Shown: positions 24,407-38,079 of the stretch, one piece after another
How the letters are laid out: each line of letters begins with the position of its first letter
Position numbering within the stretch: the stretch's first letter is position 1
NCBI GenBank assembly: GCA_964016885.1
Contig: OZ024743.1
Span: forward strand, 225,804,001-225,868,000
DNA length: 64,000 nt
DNA from: Eledone cirrhosa
Lineage: Eukaryota
Reading direction: 5' to 3'
Position numbers and translations under genes: made by a program
Notes under the pieces: generated by a model
Databases searched by the model: none
Told to the model about the DNA's origin: nothing
Seen by the model: only the letters and a program-made list of their open reading frames with translations

Positions 24407-24730
24407 TATATATATATTTATATACATACGATAGATCTACATATGTATGTTTGTAAAATTCGTTTATGTGCATCATAATTCTCTTTGTATTTGCCAAAAT
24501 TCTTAAAGTACATTTCTCAAACTGAAAGATGAAAACGAAAGTTCATTCTGCCATTTAAAGCAATTTCTGGGTTTGAAAAATATAAAGAAAATAAAAAAAA
24601 TAAAAAATCAAGAATACAGAAGATGCCCAAAATAATACCCATGAAAACAAAATAATGAGAGATGGGTATTTGTTCTGTTGCTGTATATATATATATATGT
24701 ATAAATGAGAGATGGGCATTTGTTATGTTG

Positions 24731-24774
<44 letters not shown>

Positions 24775-24941
24775 CTGTTTCCTTCTCTATCTTTCTATTT
24801 CTCCGTAACCCAACGGTTTATTTTAAAAATATCGAATACTAATAATTAACGCTATAACTCCACTATCCGGGAGCTACCAACAGCAATGGTTGCATTCTTT
24901 AAGGGTATGTCAATATTTATTTATAAAACTGATCTATATTA

Positions 24942-25006
24942 TATTTTATATGATGAAAGCACACCATAATTTAACTGGGTGTCCTTGAAATATGTATAAT
25001 GAAATA
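24942..25006 (+). ncRNA. Degenerate hammerhead-like motif
   Basis: aTGATGA-aagcacacc..gggtgtcctt-GAAA-tatgta-TA. C3 is lost and the stems are imperfect. Confidence 0.35.
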
Positions 25007-25160
25007 AATATGGTTTTATAAATATAGTTTCCATTTGTTAATATCGTATTTTTTACTCCAAATATTTGTTGAGTGCTTTATATCAGTTATAAAAATATTT
25101 GCTTGTTGTATCCCAACAATTTGAATAGAACTCTAACATATATATATATATATATATATA

Positions 25161-25275
25161 TAAGTTGTAATATAATGAAACGAAATTTCATTTCTCACTC
25201 TTAGTACGGCACTTACTTAAATGTAAGTATGTATGTAAACGTACATACATATATGTATACGGACGTACAGTAGCA

Positions 25276-25335
<60 letters not shown>

Positions 25336-25770
25336 CAGGTACACATATATATATGTACGTATCAGTTTAGCGAACGTTTATTATAACGCTCGCTTTGTCC
25401 GTTTGTAAACAAGCGAACAGCTTGATTTATGCCATACGGTGTTAAGGCAACCACGTCACCTTTTTGTTCAACACTGACACAGGAACGATGTACTAGTTTC
25501 AAGCTTGTTAGCTTCATCAGCACCGTATACCCTTCTGCCAGATAGTTGAACGTTCGAAAGTATATACTTTCCTTATGAAAATTAACGGCTGAGCAGCCTA
25601 ATTTGCATATCGAGTGAGTTCAGTCGGCCAGGCGTACCGAAAACGATAAGTTGTAATATAATGAAAAGAAATTTCATTTCTCACTCTTAGTACGGCACTT
25701 ACTTAAATGTAAGTATGTATGTATACGTACATACATATATGTATATGGACGTACAGTAGTATGCATATAT
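25161..25770 (-). mobile_element. ~486-bp unit with ~120-bp terminal direct repeat and hammerhead (retrozyme- or pLTR-like)
   Basis: 25161-25280 is repeated from 25647. A second family member lies inverted at 56191-56511. Confidence 0.7.
25485..25526 (-). ncRNA. Minimal type I hammerhead ribozyme
   Basis: acggtg-CTGATGA-agct(aaca)agctt-GAAA-ctag-TA-catcgt. Confidence 0.85.
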
Positions 25771-25778
25771 ATATATAC

Positions 25779-26010
25779 AATAAAGAGGATAAATTTGTGT
25801 TTAAAACTTATAATAACCCTCCGACTAACCCAGCTTTGCTACCCTTCGAAAGCGATGTCTTGGAACTCATACGGAGTATCAAATTTCGGAACAGAAGCAA
25901 TTCCTCCGAACAGGACCTGAAGAATAGAATTCGTCCACTCCAACAAAACTGGTAATCTATATCAAGTGGAGCGCAGTACTTACCATCAACTGGTACATAA
26001 TGCAGTAATC
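25779..26010 (+). pseudogene. Penelope-like RT N-terminal fragment
   Basis: FKTYNNPP..LLPFESDVLELIRSIKF, then KTGNLYQV resembling ADKTNNIY of the element at 29.9 kb. Confidence 0.5.
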
Positions 26011-27817
26011 TATATATCTATATATTTATATATATTCATATATATATATATATATATATATATTTGTGTGTGGGTGTGCATGTATATATATATATATAAT
26101 ATTAAGGATACTATTTATGGTTATGTATATACTAAAACTTTTTATAGTTATATATATTTTAAAACCTAAACAGTGAAGGTCAGTAATTTATTACTACCTT
26201 ATTACCAGTAAGATAAATAGCTCAATGTAATAACATCAGTTGTTCTACAGAGCAGTTATATAGAATTCACAAGAATCAAAGCTATGTTCAAAGCATTTAT
26301 TCACTTACAATTGTTTCATCCAAATCTTCGGAACATTTTTCAATGTTTGTACACATAATTGACCTCCCTTCCAACGCAAGAGACATACAGATACATATGT
26401 ATATATTGATGTACAGTGGAGTGACATATATTATATTATATTATTTCTGTATATCAATTCAAATTCAAAATCAAAATCAAAATTAAAATTAAAACAAAAT
26501 TAAAACAAAATTAAAATACATTCGGCAGTTAACATAGATAATGCAAGAGGATAGTTTGTTAGTCAGATGTAATAGTTATTGTATGCGTTAGTTACACGTG
26601 GGGCATCCACGTGTGTCTCATTTATATATGATTATTGTGTGGCAGGGTGTTACATGTAATACAACCACTTTAAGCGGGTAAGTAAGAGTATTATGGAGGT
26701 TGTAGTGGTAAGGTATTTTTTGTAATTAATAAAAAAAGTATGTGTGCAGAAAAATAAAAAGGAGAAGCAAAAGAAAGTTATGGTTTTCGTATCCACCACC
26801 ATTTTCACATTCAGGAAAAGTAATACATGTTTTTACATCCATCACATAAGTAACGATGATTCCGTATTGGATGTTTGATGCATTAAATTAAATTATTTTA
26901 GCTTATTGCGGCTGTGTTCTTTAATCCAATTTTATAGAGTAGGTTGTTTCTGCTGCGAGAATTTACATCGGTTTATTATCCGGAAGTATGTGTGTAATTA
27001 AGGGGAGTTAATGCGTAAGGGGAGGTAACTAGCTGATTTCCATAACTAAATTTATTGTTCTTACATACATTATAAGGTGTCTCAATTGAGTCCCTTATAT
27101 AGACGGTTATATATTTATATTCAGTTTCCAATTTTAAATACAGTCTACTCTATCATGATGTACTAAAGGTATTTATATTAGGGTGATTACTCCCTATCAC
27201 AGAGTGCTACAACTGAATATTCCATACAAAGAGCCATATCTTTATATCAAAGTTCTTTGCAAATGTAGTCTACTCACAGAACATATCAGGGACCTATTAG
27301 AACTATGTCTACATAACCCCTGGTAAGTTCTGGAACAGGGTATGGCTGTTTGCATGGCAAAGTCAAATACATCTCCAGGGCAGACAAAAACATCCCTCAT
27401 TTACAATGTCATTAATCTATCCATCAAGTTATACTATATATAACTCACATATATAACTCACATACCATTCATACATAATTCATTGCACTCAACATATAGG
27501 TTATACAGATCTCTTATGTTAATAAATTAATCTTATATGTATCCAATGTTATCACTCCATACATCCAAATACATTTGCATAAATAATTCATTGTCGAATC
27601 TGGTATTTAAAGCTTACATAGACTGTATTGTATCACTATATAATTATAAGTAATTGAAAGTAATTATACTAAAAGTAGGTGTTCATGGGGATAATTCTAG
27701 GGTATACAGTTATAGATAGATGGAATGATTTGTGTTGAGATAGGGTGGATCAGAGAGTGTGGAGTTGTGGTGTAAAGTGTAGTGTTAGAAGTGGTGATGG
27801 GTTCAAGTCTGACATTG

Positions 27818-29945
27818 TTATATATTGGGTTTAAAGTTTTGGAAGGAGTGCCGGAAGCGGTGCTGGCACGACGCAAACACTTCCTATTTTTTATTAAGGA
27901 GGTTATGGTTTGAGAAGATTATAGTATGGGTCTCTAGTAGACAGAGGTTACAGAATTTATTTATTAGGTGGTTTGTACGATGCCGCCTTACCTATCACTT
28001 CCCATTTAAGTGTATAAGATCTATTTTTAGTTTTTAGATAGTGTATGTAGCTAGATAGTGAAGTGGAGTTGGCTAGACTGTTTTTTGAAAGAATGGAGGT
28101 ATGAATTGTATCTGGTTTTGAAGCAGTTCGAAGTAGAGCCTATATAGGTTTCAGAAGAGTTGCTAGTTATGACGGTGCATGAGTATATGATGTCCTGATT
28201 AAGCAGTTTTTATCTAAAGGGCAGATTCTATTAGATCTACAGTTACAATTATTTTGGATGTTAACCTGCCGGTTATTATGTTGTGTAGAAGTCTGGTTGC
28301 TAGTTATTGCATTATGGCTATGGGGGTTGTCGCTCTCAACGTTATTGCTTACACTAGTGCTATTACTAATATTACTATTAATATCAGGGTTTGTAGATAT
28401 AATGTTGTTTTGAAGGTTTACCCCCTGCCGTGTTTTAATTTGTTGGAAGTAAGTATTAATTTTTCTTTTATTGCTACTAGCTATGTGGTATGCTATGTTA
28501 GGCGTGGTAGAGTAGGAGATTTTAATTGTGTTTTTGTTTATAAGACTATGGTACTTGTGGCCAGATGGGAAGTTTTTATCCAGGAATGAGAAGAAAGCCT
28601 TAGGTAGGTTGGTAGAGACGTTTAGATTGAAAGGTGGGTTGAAAAATGTATTATTTCTTCTTCTATTTTTGTTTTTTATGTCTGGTGAGATGCTTCCGTT
28701 TATGGTATTTTGGTGACTTCCGTGATGTGGGTTACATTTGTTGCCACCCTTCGTACTAGTGTGTGTGTGGTTATTATTCTTATTACTATTTTCCCTCATG
28801 GACATATTGTGCGAAATAATGTTGTAAGTATATGTTTTTGTAGGTAGGAACTCAATCTCATTATTATGGCCTGATCTAGCTAATGCCTGATTATAATATT
28901 GTGAGTTTTTGCTAAATATGTTTTCGTCATAAGATAGATTAGAGATTCTATTGGATATTCCCTTAGAGATAGAGTTTAATATTGATCTAGGGTGGTTAGA
29001 CTTGGTATCTACGTAAATCAGTTTTTCGTTAGGTTTATGGAATGGTGTATATATCCTAGAGTCAAGGTAGAGGGTGGCATCTAGGAAGTTAACGTTTTTA
29101 GTGTTTTTGTCTTAGGTTATAGTTTTTGAAAGTCTTGTGCAATAGTTTTCTAGTTCTTTCTATATTAAATTTTTCATAGTCTATAAGGAGAAGTGCATCA
29201 TCGCGGTACAAACCACCGTTGAGGTATGGAAGGTCCTTATGGATTTCGTTTAGTAAATATAGGCCCACCAAATCAGTGATCTGCGCCGAGTCACTAGATC
29301 CCATGGTTATGTCGAAGTTGTTTTGCGTATCCTTGCGGGTCCATAACTGGTCTTCAAAAGTGATTACGGTTTTACGGGCCGCAAGTATGACATCAATCTG
29401 GTGTCTAGTCAGGTCACTATTGTTCATGGCCATAATTAGTGCCTTATTTAATAGGATAGGGGAAATAGAGGTGTAGTATGAATTGATATCAAATTGAATA
29501 AATTTTTTATCTTTGTTTTCCTTGATATCCTTTAACCATTCAATAACTTCACCTGTATTTCCCCATTGTTTAAGGTATATTTTGTGTTTAATCTGTGGGA
29601 TGATTTTATCTAAAATTTTCTTACTGATAATGCCAATGACAGACTTGGAAGGGCAGATTAGTCTAATCGAGGGGTTGCTAATGAAATCCTCCTTATGGTC
29701 CTTCAGAGAGAATCTAGGGGGGGGTTTGGGTGTATGGTTGTGTATGTCTCTGAAGTCCTAGTTTGGACACTATACTACGGCCTTCTATATTAATTTCTTC
29801 TAAGTTTTTCATAGTAGTTTTCTTGTAGCTCTTATGTAGTTCATTATATATACACTTTCTATATGTATCATAATCTAGGCTGTATATGTTATTAGTTTTG
29901 TCCGCATGTACAATAATTTTACTACTTGTTTTGAATTCATTAATA
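27818..29945 (-). pseudogene. PLE RT-GIY-YIG ORF, frameshifted (YRDD type, possibly Naiad-like)
   Basis: ADKTNNIY, FDINSYYTSI, MGSSDSAQITDLVG, GGLYRDD, FFNPPF, CNCR..CPLDKNCL, IIY..YIGST..FKTRY, CNLCLLE. Confidence 0.85.
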
Positions 29946-30151
29946 GAGGAGTTATCTATGTTAACTGCCATTGTATTTTAATTTTGTTTTAATTTTAATT
30001 TTAATTTTGATTTTGATTTTGAATTTGAATTGCTATACAGAAATAATATAATATAATATATGTCACTCCACTGTACATCAATATATACATATGTATCTGT
30101 ATGTCTCTTGCATTGGAAAGGAGGTCAATTATGTGTACAAACATTGAAAAA

Positions 30152-30198
30152 TGCTCCGAAGACTCCAAGCCTAGGTTTGGATGGAACAATCGTAAGTG
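30152..30198 (+). ncRNA. Degenerate hammerhead in inverted pLTR (partner at ~26302-26336, minus strand)
   Basis: CCGAAGA-c-tccaagcctaggtttgga-t-GGAA-caatcg-TA-agtg. The partner keeps GAAAcaattgTA but has lost part of stem II. Confidence 0.5.
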
Positions 30199-30232
30199 AA
30201 TAAATGTTTTGAACATAGCTTTGATTCTTGTG

Positions 30233-30282
<50 letters not shown>

Positions 30283-31429
30283 TGGCGGACTAGGTCTAAA
30301 AATATTGGTTGCCAGATGACGGGGGCCCAGCTACATATAGAATGCTATCATTTAATTTTTATAATGAATAAATAACATTTTCGAAAAATACATGAGTGGA
30401 AACAAAACAGTGCAATCAACCTTTTGTGGAAAAATAGCTTCTCCAATAAAAAATATTATGTTTTTTGCGAAATCCAGAGACTTTCAATAACGACCAGAAG
30501 TCTACCCTAAATATTACTAACAGCTCTAGGAAAGCCATGAACAACTCCACATGTTTTTAACTTTGATTTTGAAAGTAGGTTTATAATTATCAATTTTCAT
30601 TACACTATTATAGCTCTCTCGGTGGCCTAGTTGGAAGAATCATAGACGGTGGTGATCCTGGTCTTAAGTTCGATCCTGGTCGGGAGTAGGGTTCCCAGTA
30701 AACCTTTTCAATTTTTTTCTATTGGTTGCAAAATAAAAACTGAAAAACGTTACATGTCTCTTTTGACCATGATTGAACCCAAGGCCAGGATCTCCACCGT
30801 CTACCTACAGCTAGGCCACAGAGACAACTACAAGAATCTTATAAAAATTCATACTTGTAAACCTACTTTCCAAATTTTCAAAACAAATTGTTGTGGTGTC
30901 GTTGACGTCTTTCTTAATGTTATTGCTCCTACTTAAGGTCGACTTCTAAATCATTTGGGTGTTCCGTAAACTACATTTTCGTTTTGTTTCACATCTATCT
31001 AGACTACATTTTAACCTGCAATCCATGTTTCATTCCTCTTCCCCCTCATTTCTCGTGCTCCTCTCTCCCCCCGTCTCTCTGTGATATTTGAATCTACTAT
31101 GATTTGGGCTTACCTTATTCCTATATATATGTTTGTGCATGTCAGTTAGATTCAAACTTAGAATGATTGGCATTATATATACAGTGGCAACCTAGGTCTA
31201 AAAATATTGGTTGCCAGATGAAGGGGGCCCACCTACATATAGAATGCTATCATTTAAATTTTATAATGAATAACGAACGTTTTCGAAAAATACATAAATG
31301 GGAACAAAACAGTGCAATCAAATTTTTGCGGCAAAATATCTTACCTTCTTCAATAAAAAATATTATGTATTTTGCGAAATCCAGACACTTTTTCAATAAT
31401 GACCTTTGGTCTTTCACATTCACTCAATT

Positions 31430-31487
<58 letters not shown>

Positions 31488-31558
31488 TATATGTAGGAGG
31501 TGAGTAATATTGTAGAACAATAAAACTATGCATATATCAGATAACCATCATTTCTTCT

Positions 31559-31627
<69 letters not shown>

Positions 31628-31631
31628 GTGT

Positions 31632-31680
<49 letters not shown>

Positions 31681-31696
31681 TCTCTATCTATCTATC

Positions 31697-33034
31697 GGGG
31701 TCCGGTTTGGTCCGGACCTCCAGGTGGAGAAGAACTGGAACGAGGTGACGGCCAAGGTGTTTGCACTCACCCAGAAGTGGGCCGAGTGCAAACTATCCTT
31801 GAAAGGTCGAGCGGAGGTGGCGAACACTTTTATAGCGCCCGTCATCTACTACCGCTTGACCGTCGTGCTTGTCCAGCCCAAACGCTCGCCAAAATGGAGC
31901 GCGCGCTCTTCCAATTCCTTTGGAAGAAGCGGGCTCCTTTGGTGAGAAGATCCATCTGCTGCCAACACCCTTCCAACGGAGGGCTGAGGATGCCGTGGCT
32001 GACGATGCGCAAACACGCGCTCAGGCTGCGGCATCCCTACGTATTCCTCATCGGACAACCTGTATGGGCACCGTTCGTGAGGCGAGCCTTCCCACGACTC
32101 GTCTCGCTGACCGAACTGCAGTCCTGGGTCAAGCAAAGACGGACGAAAATGGGCGACTGGCACATCGAATGTGCTCAGGCGCTCAGTGGAGACTCCACTT
32201 CGTCATTCTATAGAGGGTTGATCCACAGAAAGTGCGACGACGTGCTCGGAGAAGCTCTACGCGAGACCGATGGACATGTTCCAAAAGTCCCTGGCCTGGC
32301 AGTGCTACCGAGGAGCTCTACCAGTTCGAGACAAGCTCTACAGACATGGGCGCCCGGGCAGGGACCCTTCGAAAAAGATCTGTCCGAGATGCGTGCGAGA
32401 CGAAGAAACCGTCGCGCACGCATTCATACTCTGCCCGGGCGTTACCGACCTGTGGGGCTATGTAGAACGACTATTGTCGCGGGTGGGACCAATCCGGTTG
32501 ACCACAGAGTCCATTGTCATGACCAAACCACCACCCTCCTTCAAAGACGAAGGAAGAGGCGATTTTCCTTTGTGTGATAGCTATGGCGAAAGAGGTTGTA
32601 TGGTGGAGAAAGTTAAAAGGGCTGAGGTCAGACACCTTTCTCTCCGGCCAACAACTGATTCTTTTTTTTCAAATACCACTTTCGAAGAAGAACCAGAATG
32701 GAGAGAGAGGTGCTGTACCCCAGCAAGCTTTATGAAAGGACGGTGAAAGTGGCGAGAATGGCCCGAGTGAATGGGCCCTCTCTCCATATCAGCCTGTAGG
32801 TTGAGGAAAAAGAGGAAGTGAAGAAAGGGGTACAAACTCTTCGTACTCCTGGAGATGAGGGTTGCACATTTATTCGGGGGTATGTGTTACCCATATAAAA
32901 TGTCTCCCTCCATTGGGGAAAATCGATTAACTTTTAAATTGCATTTGTGATAATATTTTACACGTTTTTATTGTATGTAAACTTCCCCCTTTGTATTTGT
33001 CCCCTTTTGTGCCCCTGTGGCTAATAAAGAAACA
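31697..33034 (+). mobile_element. Tx1 lineage B copy B1, 5'-truncated
   Basis: ORF2 C-terminal part (GPDLQVEKNWNEV, LAWQCYRGALPVRDKL) and 3'UTR GGCTAATAAAG. (TATC)n on both sides. Confidence 0.9.
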
Positions 33035-33134
33035 TATCTATCTATCTATACACACCACCTTCACCACTAATTGATTTGACAGATGTCTTTAACCCATTGA
33101 TACCAAATATATATGGTCTGTAGTTCGTGTATAA

Positions 33135-33223
<89 letters not shown>

Positions 33224-33268
33224 GTGACGAAACATAAGTCAATTGCATGAACTGATAATCCTTTATTT

Positions 33269-33324
33269 ACTGCTATATATATTTCGATGATAGCCATTGA
33301 ATGGCTATGACCTCATCAGGCAGT
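33269..33324 (-). ncRNA. Type I hammerhead ribozyme
   Basis: actgc-CTGATGA-ggtcatagccat(tca)atggctatcatc-GAAA-tatata-TA-gcagt. Homologous to the 48 kb motifs. Confidence 0.8.
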
Positions 33325-33909
33325 TAGTCAGTTCTCAGATATGCCAGCTCTGTGTTTATAGTGTTGATGGTATCAGAGCCTTGATGGTATAAGCTTGTTC
33401 GGAATAATTTAATGTTGTCTGCAGGAATAGTCTTGATTCTCATTGGTCAGTTTGTATATATGTATATATATATGCTTGTGTGCCTGTGTCTATATATGTA
33501 TGTTTGCATGCATGAATGAATACACTAAGCTTTATATTTAGTAGAATGTACTATCACTGATTCCAGCTATTTGCACTATCGTATATTTTGGGTTTCTAGT
33601 AATTCCCTGGGTAATTGGTTGACCAAATGTTTTGCTTAATTGTTTTATTTATTTTACAAAAATGTTTATTCTTTCTCTTAGATTTTAGGTATTTTTTGAA
33701 AGCAAAGTATTGACCCCTAAAATACTACAGTGGGCCTTGGAATGCTAATGTGGACTCTTGCAATTCTACCGCGGGCCCCCTGGGGCCCACGTGCAACTGG
33801 GCAACCTGACCAGTCCGCCACTGCATATATATATAATTGGTGTTGGATGCTTAAAGCGTCCGTTTGCGGTAGGCCGTTTGAGCACTCGATGCTCTCATAG
33901 AGCAGAGTA

Positions 33910-34156
33910 TGATATCACAGAAAAAAGGGTATCAGTGTTGCGACGAATGGAATGTATTGGAAATATTACAATCGTTTCTCTGGCGACCAGCTCGAGGCAC
34001 GATCGATGTGATGATCGAATCTGAGGACCTTGCGATTTTCAGAGTCAGGTTCGATCATCACATCGATCGTGCCTCGAGCTGGTCGCCAGAGAAACGATTG
34101 TAATATGACCAATAAATTCCATTCGTCGCAACACTGATTCTCTTTTTTCTTTGATA
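33910..34156. repeat. Long imperfect palindrome (~110-bp arms)
   Basis: Arms ~33910-34023 and ~34045-34156 with a few mismatches. (TA)n nearby. Confidence 0.88.
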
Positions 34157-34660
34157 TATATATATATATATATATATGTAAGTATATATATATATGTAAG
34201 TATATATATATATGTAAGTATATATATATATATATATATATACATAGATACATAGATACATATGTATATGAGGGGTTATGGTACAAGATAATTTTAAACA
34301 ACGATTTTATATATATGTATCTATATATGTATGTAATACGTGTGTATATATATATATATATATATTGGATTATGTCGATCGATTGGTTATTGATTAGGCG
34401 ATACCCGCTGATGAAGCCGCATAAGCCGATTGTGCATTGTTGCATAATATATGCAGACAGATGGTGCAGTGCACCTTACTGATGCATTAGTGCTGCAGAA
34501 ACTCGAGTCCGAGAACCTTATAGGCACCCGTTTTACGTGTGTTGTGTTGAGGCAAATAACTATGTGTATACTCTGGTAATGTATCTTACATTGGCCATTG
34601 ACTACGCTGAGATACAACCGGTACTGGCATTGATAAATAAGCTGGGTCCGTCAACCCTTA

Positions 34661-34741
<81 letters not shown>

Positions 34742-35384
34742 TATTTATATATGTGTGCGTGTGTATGTGCGTGTTCGTGCACATACGCATATGTGAATAC
34801 ATACACATACATACCTACATATATACACTTTGAGAACAACGTACTAAACGTAGTGTTCAGTTCGTAGTGCGGTAGAAATAACGCAGGTTCTGAGTTCTCA
34901 GTACTTCTCTGCCAGGCGTTTGATAAACCATGAAGTCGTTTTGCTTAATAAAATATTCTAGTGAAGCAGATTATTGAATAAGAAGCTGATGTTGCGTTTG
35001 GAGCCTGCTTCTGTCTGTAATAATAAGTCAAATTTACTCTTCAAATGTGACATATTAATTGATGAGTATTTTCCCAGATATGGACGTTTGAGCATGGCAG
35101 CGTCTCCTCGCATATGTGAACATTTGGCGTTCAGTCCTGGTTTTATAACTTACATAGAAAATGACAGACATATGTGTGAATGCGTGTGTCTGCGTGTAAG
35201 CGTGTGTGTTTGTGTATATGTGAGTGTGAGTGTTTCTGTGTGTGTGTGTGTGTGTGTGTATGTGTGTGTGAGTGTGTCTCTGTGTGTGTCTGTGATTATG
35301 TACGTCTATATGTGTACGTATGCCTGTGTATGTAGACTTTGCATACATAAGTTAATATAATTATGTATGTATATATGTATATTT

Positions 35385-35845
<461 letters not shown>

Positions 35846-36332
35846 CCGAAACTCTCTCCATATCACTCTAACACACAAATAAAATCATTCACACATACAG
35901 CCATAACTACAAGGAAAGCGAAAGAGTGTACCACGTGAAAGAGAGGCTACCTGTCACCCAATCTTAGTCATTACACAATGAATTAAGAAATTATAGCCAA
36001 TTACACTGAGTTGGAAATTTTAAAGCTTAGTCACAGAGGACAACCTCTTCCATATAGTGTACATTTCTTTATCTGGAGAAAATCCATGTAGATCTGTCCC
36101 TTGTGGTTGTGAGGACTTCTAGAATTATACCACGCATTTTATAACCTTTATGGGTTGTGAGTGAAATTTAGTAGACGGGAACTTCAGAAACCCGCCGTCT
36201 TACCCGTAGGTTGCATGTGCTGGCTGCCGTAAATACCATATTGACAGGAGTTCCTCACCAAGTGGATAGTTCCTTTGCTTTAACGGATTGCTATTTTCAT
36301 TCATTCATTCATTCATTCATTCATTCATTCAT

Positions 36333-36638
36333 TCTTCTTCTTCTTCTTCTTCTTCTTCTTCTTCTTCTTCTTCTTGAGAGGGTCGTTGGTGCAGAGTGCT
36401 CAAATACTCCTTCCAGCGGGTCCTGTCAGAAACAACCGTTTCCAACTGATCTGGCTGGATTCCTAAGCGAGACCAGCCAAGCTCATAGATGTTATCCAAC
36501 CACTTTACTCGGGATCTACCCCTGGGTCTTCTGCCGGTTGGTGTTGCCTATAAAATCTGTCCAGCGATTCTTTCCTGAGACATTCTAACCACACGGCCAT
36601 AGAATCGGAGCTGATATCTCTCAATTCGGAGTAGCGGT
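36333..36638 (-). mobile_element. RTE-clade LINE 3' fragment with (GAA)n tail
   Basis: Minus-strand translation LLRIERYQLRFYGRVVRM..GRRPRGRSRVKWLDNI..LGWSRLGI..DRTRWK. Confidence 0.75.
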
Positions 36639-36938
36639 CATTATCATTTATTTAATTTACATAGACATAAAGTCGTGACACTGACAACATGTTGAGATTT
36701 TGTACACTCTCAATGATAAAATAGCTCGCTTAGATGAACTAATACCTTGGTTTCATGTGCCTTTACATTCGTTATGAAGCATTGGATATCGAGAGATCTC
36801 CACCCAGTGCAGTCTCAATCCTTGTAATGGGCCTACTCTTATGCCAGATTATAACGGGCCTACTCCTCTGCCAGACCCTTGTCTACCAGATTTTTCCTCA
36901 ACGAACTTCAAACAAGTCTTGATGGGTCTGCTTTACAT

Positions 36939-37154
36939 ATTGCATCCGTCATACGGTGATTGCATCCTGTAAATCACTCAGCAGGTCCCTTTATTCGTGA
37001 TGTAGTCACAGTAAGAAATCCAAAGAATGACTCTAAGGCAACGTCATAGACATTGCCTTAGAGTCATTCTTTGGATTTCTTACTGTGACTACATCACGAA
37101 TAAAGGGACCTGCTGAGTGATTTACAGGATGCAATCACCGTATGACGGATGCAA
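36939..37154. repeat. Near-perfect palindrome (~103-bp arms)
   Basis: Centre ~37047 (ggcaacgtcatagacattgcc). Confidence 0.9.
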
Positions 37155-37662
37155 TCACCATATGATGCCTCTACAGTTCTGTAGATCAGAAGCGCGCGTA
37201 GGCGAAAATATAGCAAATATTTATACAAACAGGACACAGCTGGTCTCTCAGCAAACATGAAAGAACAGCCGAACCCTCACTGTCATCGCCTCCATCACTC
37301 TGGCCCTCCCCATCTCTCCATATGGTGAACAAATGGGGTCCCACGTGCTGGCCTCCCCACAGCCCCGGCGGACAGAATGCAGAAGGCGTTTACTCTAACA
37401 CACGTTCTTCGATCTTGTTCTGTAGATTCTGTTGGTCTTTTTCCACACCTCGTAAATATAATACGATGTTGGCCCGACGCTCGGATTGCTAACGTTTATT
37501 TCCATATATTTATTGAAAAGACAATCCTACTAACCACGTACTTCCACGTTTGTTCTCTCATTCTTAACAATTACTTTTGTTAAGCATCTCTAAGTTATGA
37601 AAAAAAAGCAAGAAACATATTTTATTGATAGATAACTTACATGTTATATATTAAATAATTGT

Positions 37663-37847
37663 TTCTACTTTTGGCACAAGGCCAGCAATTATCCCAGTGT
37701 ATTATTGGGACTTTATTTTATCGACCCAGTAAGGATGAAAGCCAAAGTTAACCTCGGCGGGATTTGAACTCAAACCATAAAGGGCCGTAACTCTTTGCTG
37801 CAAAGCAAGGCGTCCGACCCTCTACCGATACTGCCAATCCACCGCCT
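37663..37847 (-). mobile_element. tRNA-derived SINE
   Basis: A-box TGGCAGTATCGG and B-box GAGTTCAAATCC on the minus strand. Same family as 23.4 kb. Confidence 0.78.
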
Positions 37848-37999
37848 ATTGTTATATATTAAATAATAAAACCTCATTATTTTTCTCTCTTTTAACATCA
37901 CTCTTCCTTCCTCCCTTGTTCTGTTCTACAGTCTCCCTGCATTTCGCAGTATATCTGCTTCACATTCGTCATTAACATCAGCCTACCACTCTCTCTCAC

Positions 38000-38079
<80 letters not shown>

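Larger units (their letters stand above)
26263..30236 (-). mobile_element. Penelope-like element, 5'-truncated, with 3' pLTR and inverted 5' pLTR copy
   Basis: 26263-26540 is inverted at 29950-30236. RT and GIY-YIG remnants lie between. (TA)n flank. Confidence 0.85.
30280..33823. mobile_element. Non-autonomous TIR element (hAT-like) containing nested insertions
   Basis: CAGTGGCGGACTAGGTC at 30280 and GACCAGTCCGCCACTG ending at 33823. A second left end at 31182-31405. TA-rich flanks. Confidence 0.6.

Noticed and set aside
27818-28260. Selenoprotein-type PLE nuclease
   Set aside because: All Cys codons read are TGT/TGC.
31528-31700. ORFs rich in YI, CV, HT or poly-L here and elsewhere
   Set aside because: They are translations of microsatellites.
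33065-33245. Hammerhead split by a (TA)n expansion (GACGAAACATAAGTC)
   Set aside because: No recognisable CTGANGA half.
34400-34515. Hammerhead from CTGATGA (34408) or CTGATGC..GAAACTCGAGTC
   Set aside because: I could not build convincing stems I and II. At best a decayed copy.
37240-37560. Possible host exon in a GC-richer stretch
   Set aside because: Stops in the plausible frames, no clear splice pair and no recognisable protein.
37780-37847. tRNA gene
   Set aside because: The A/B boxes belong to a SINE head and there is no cloverleaf.
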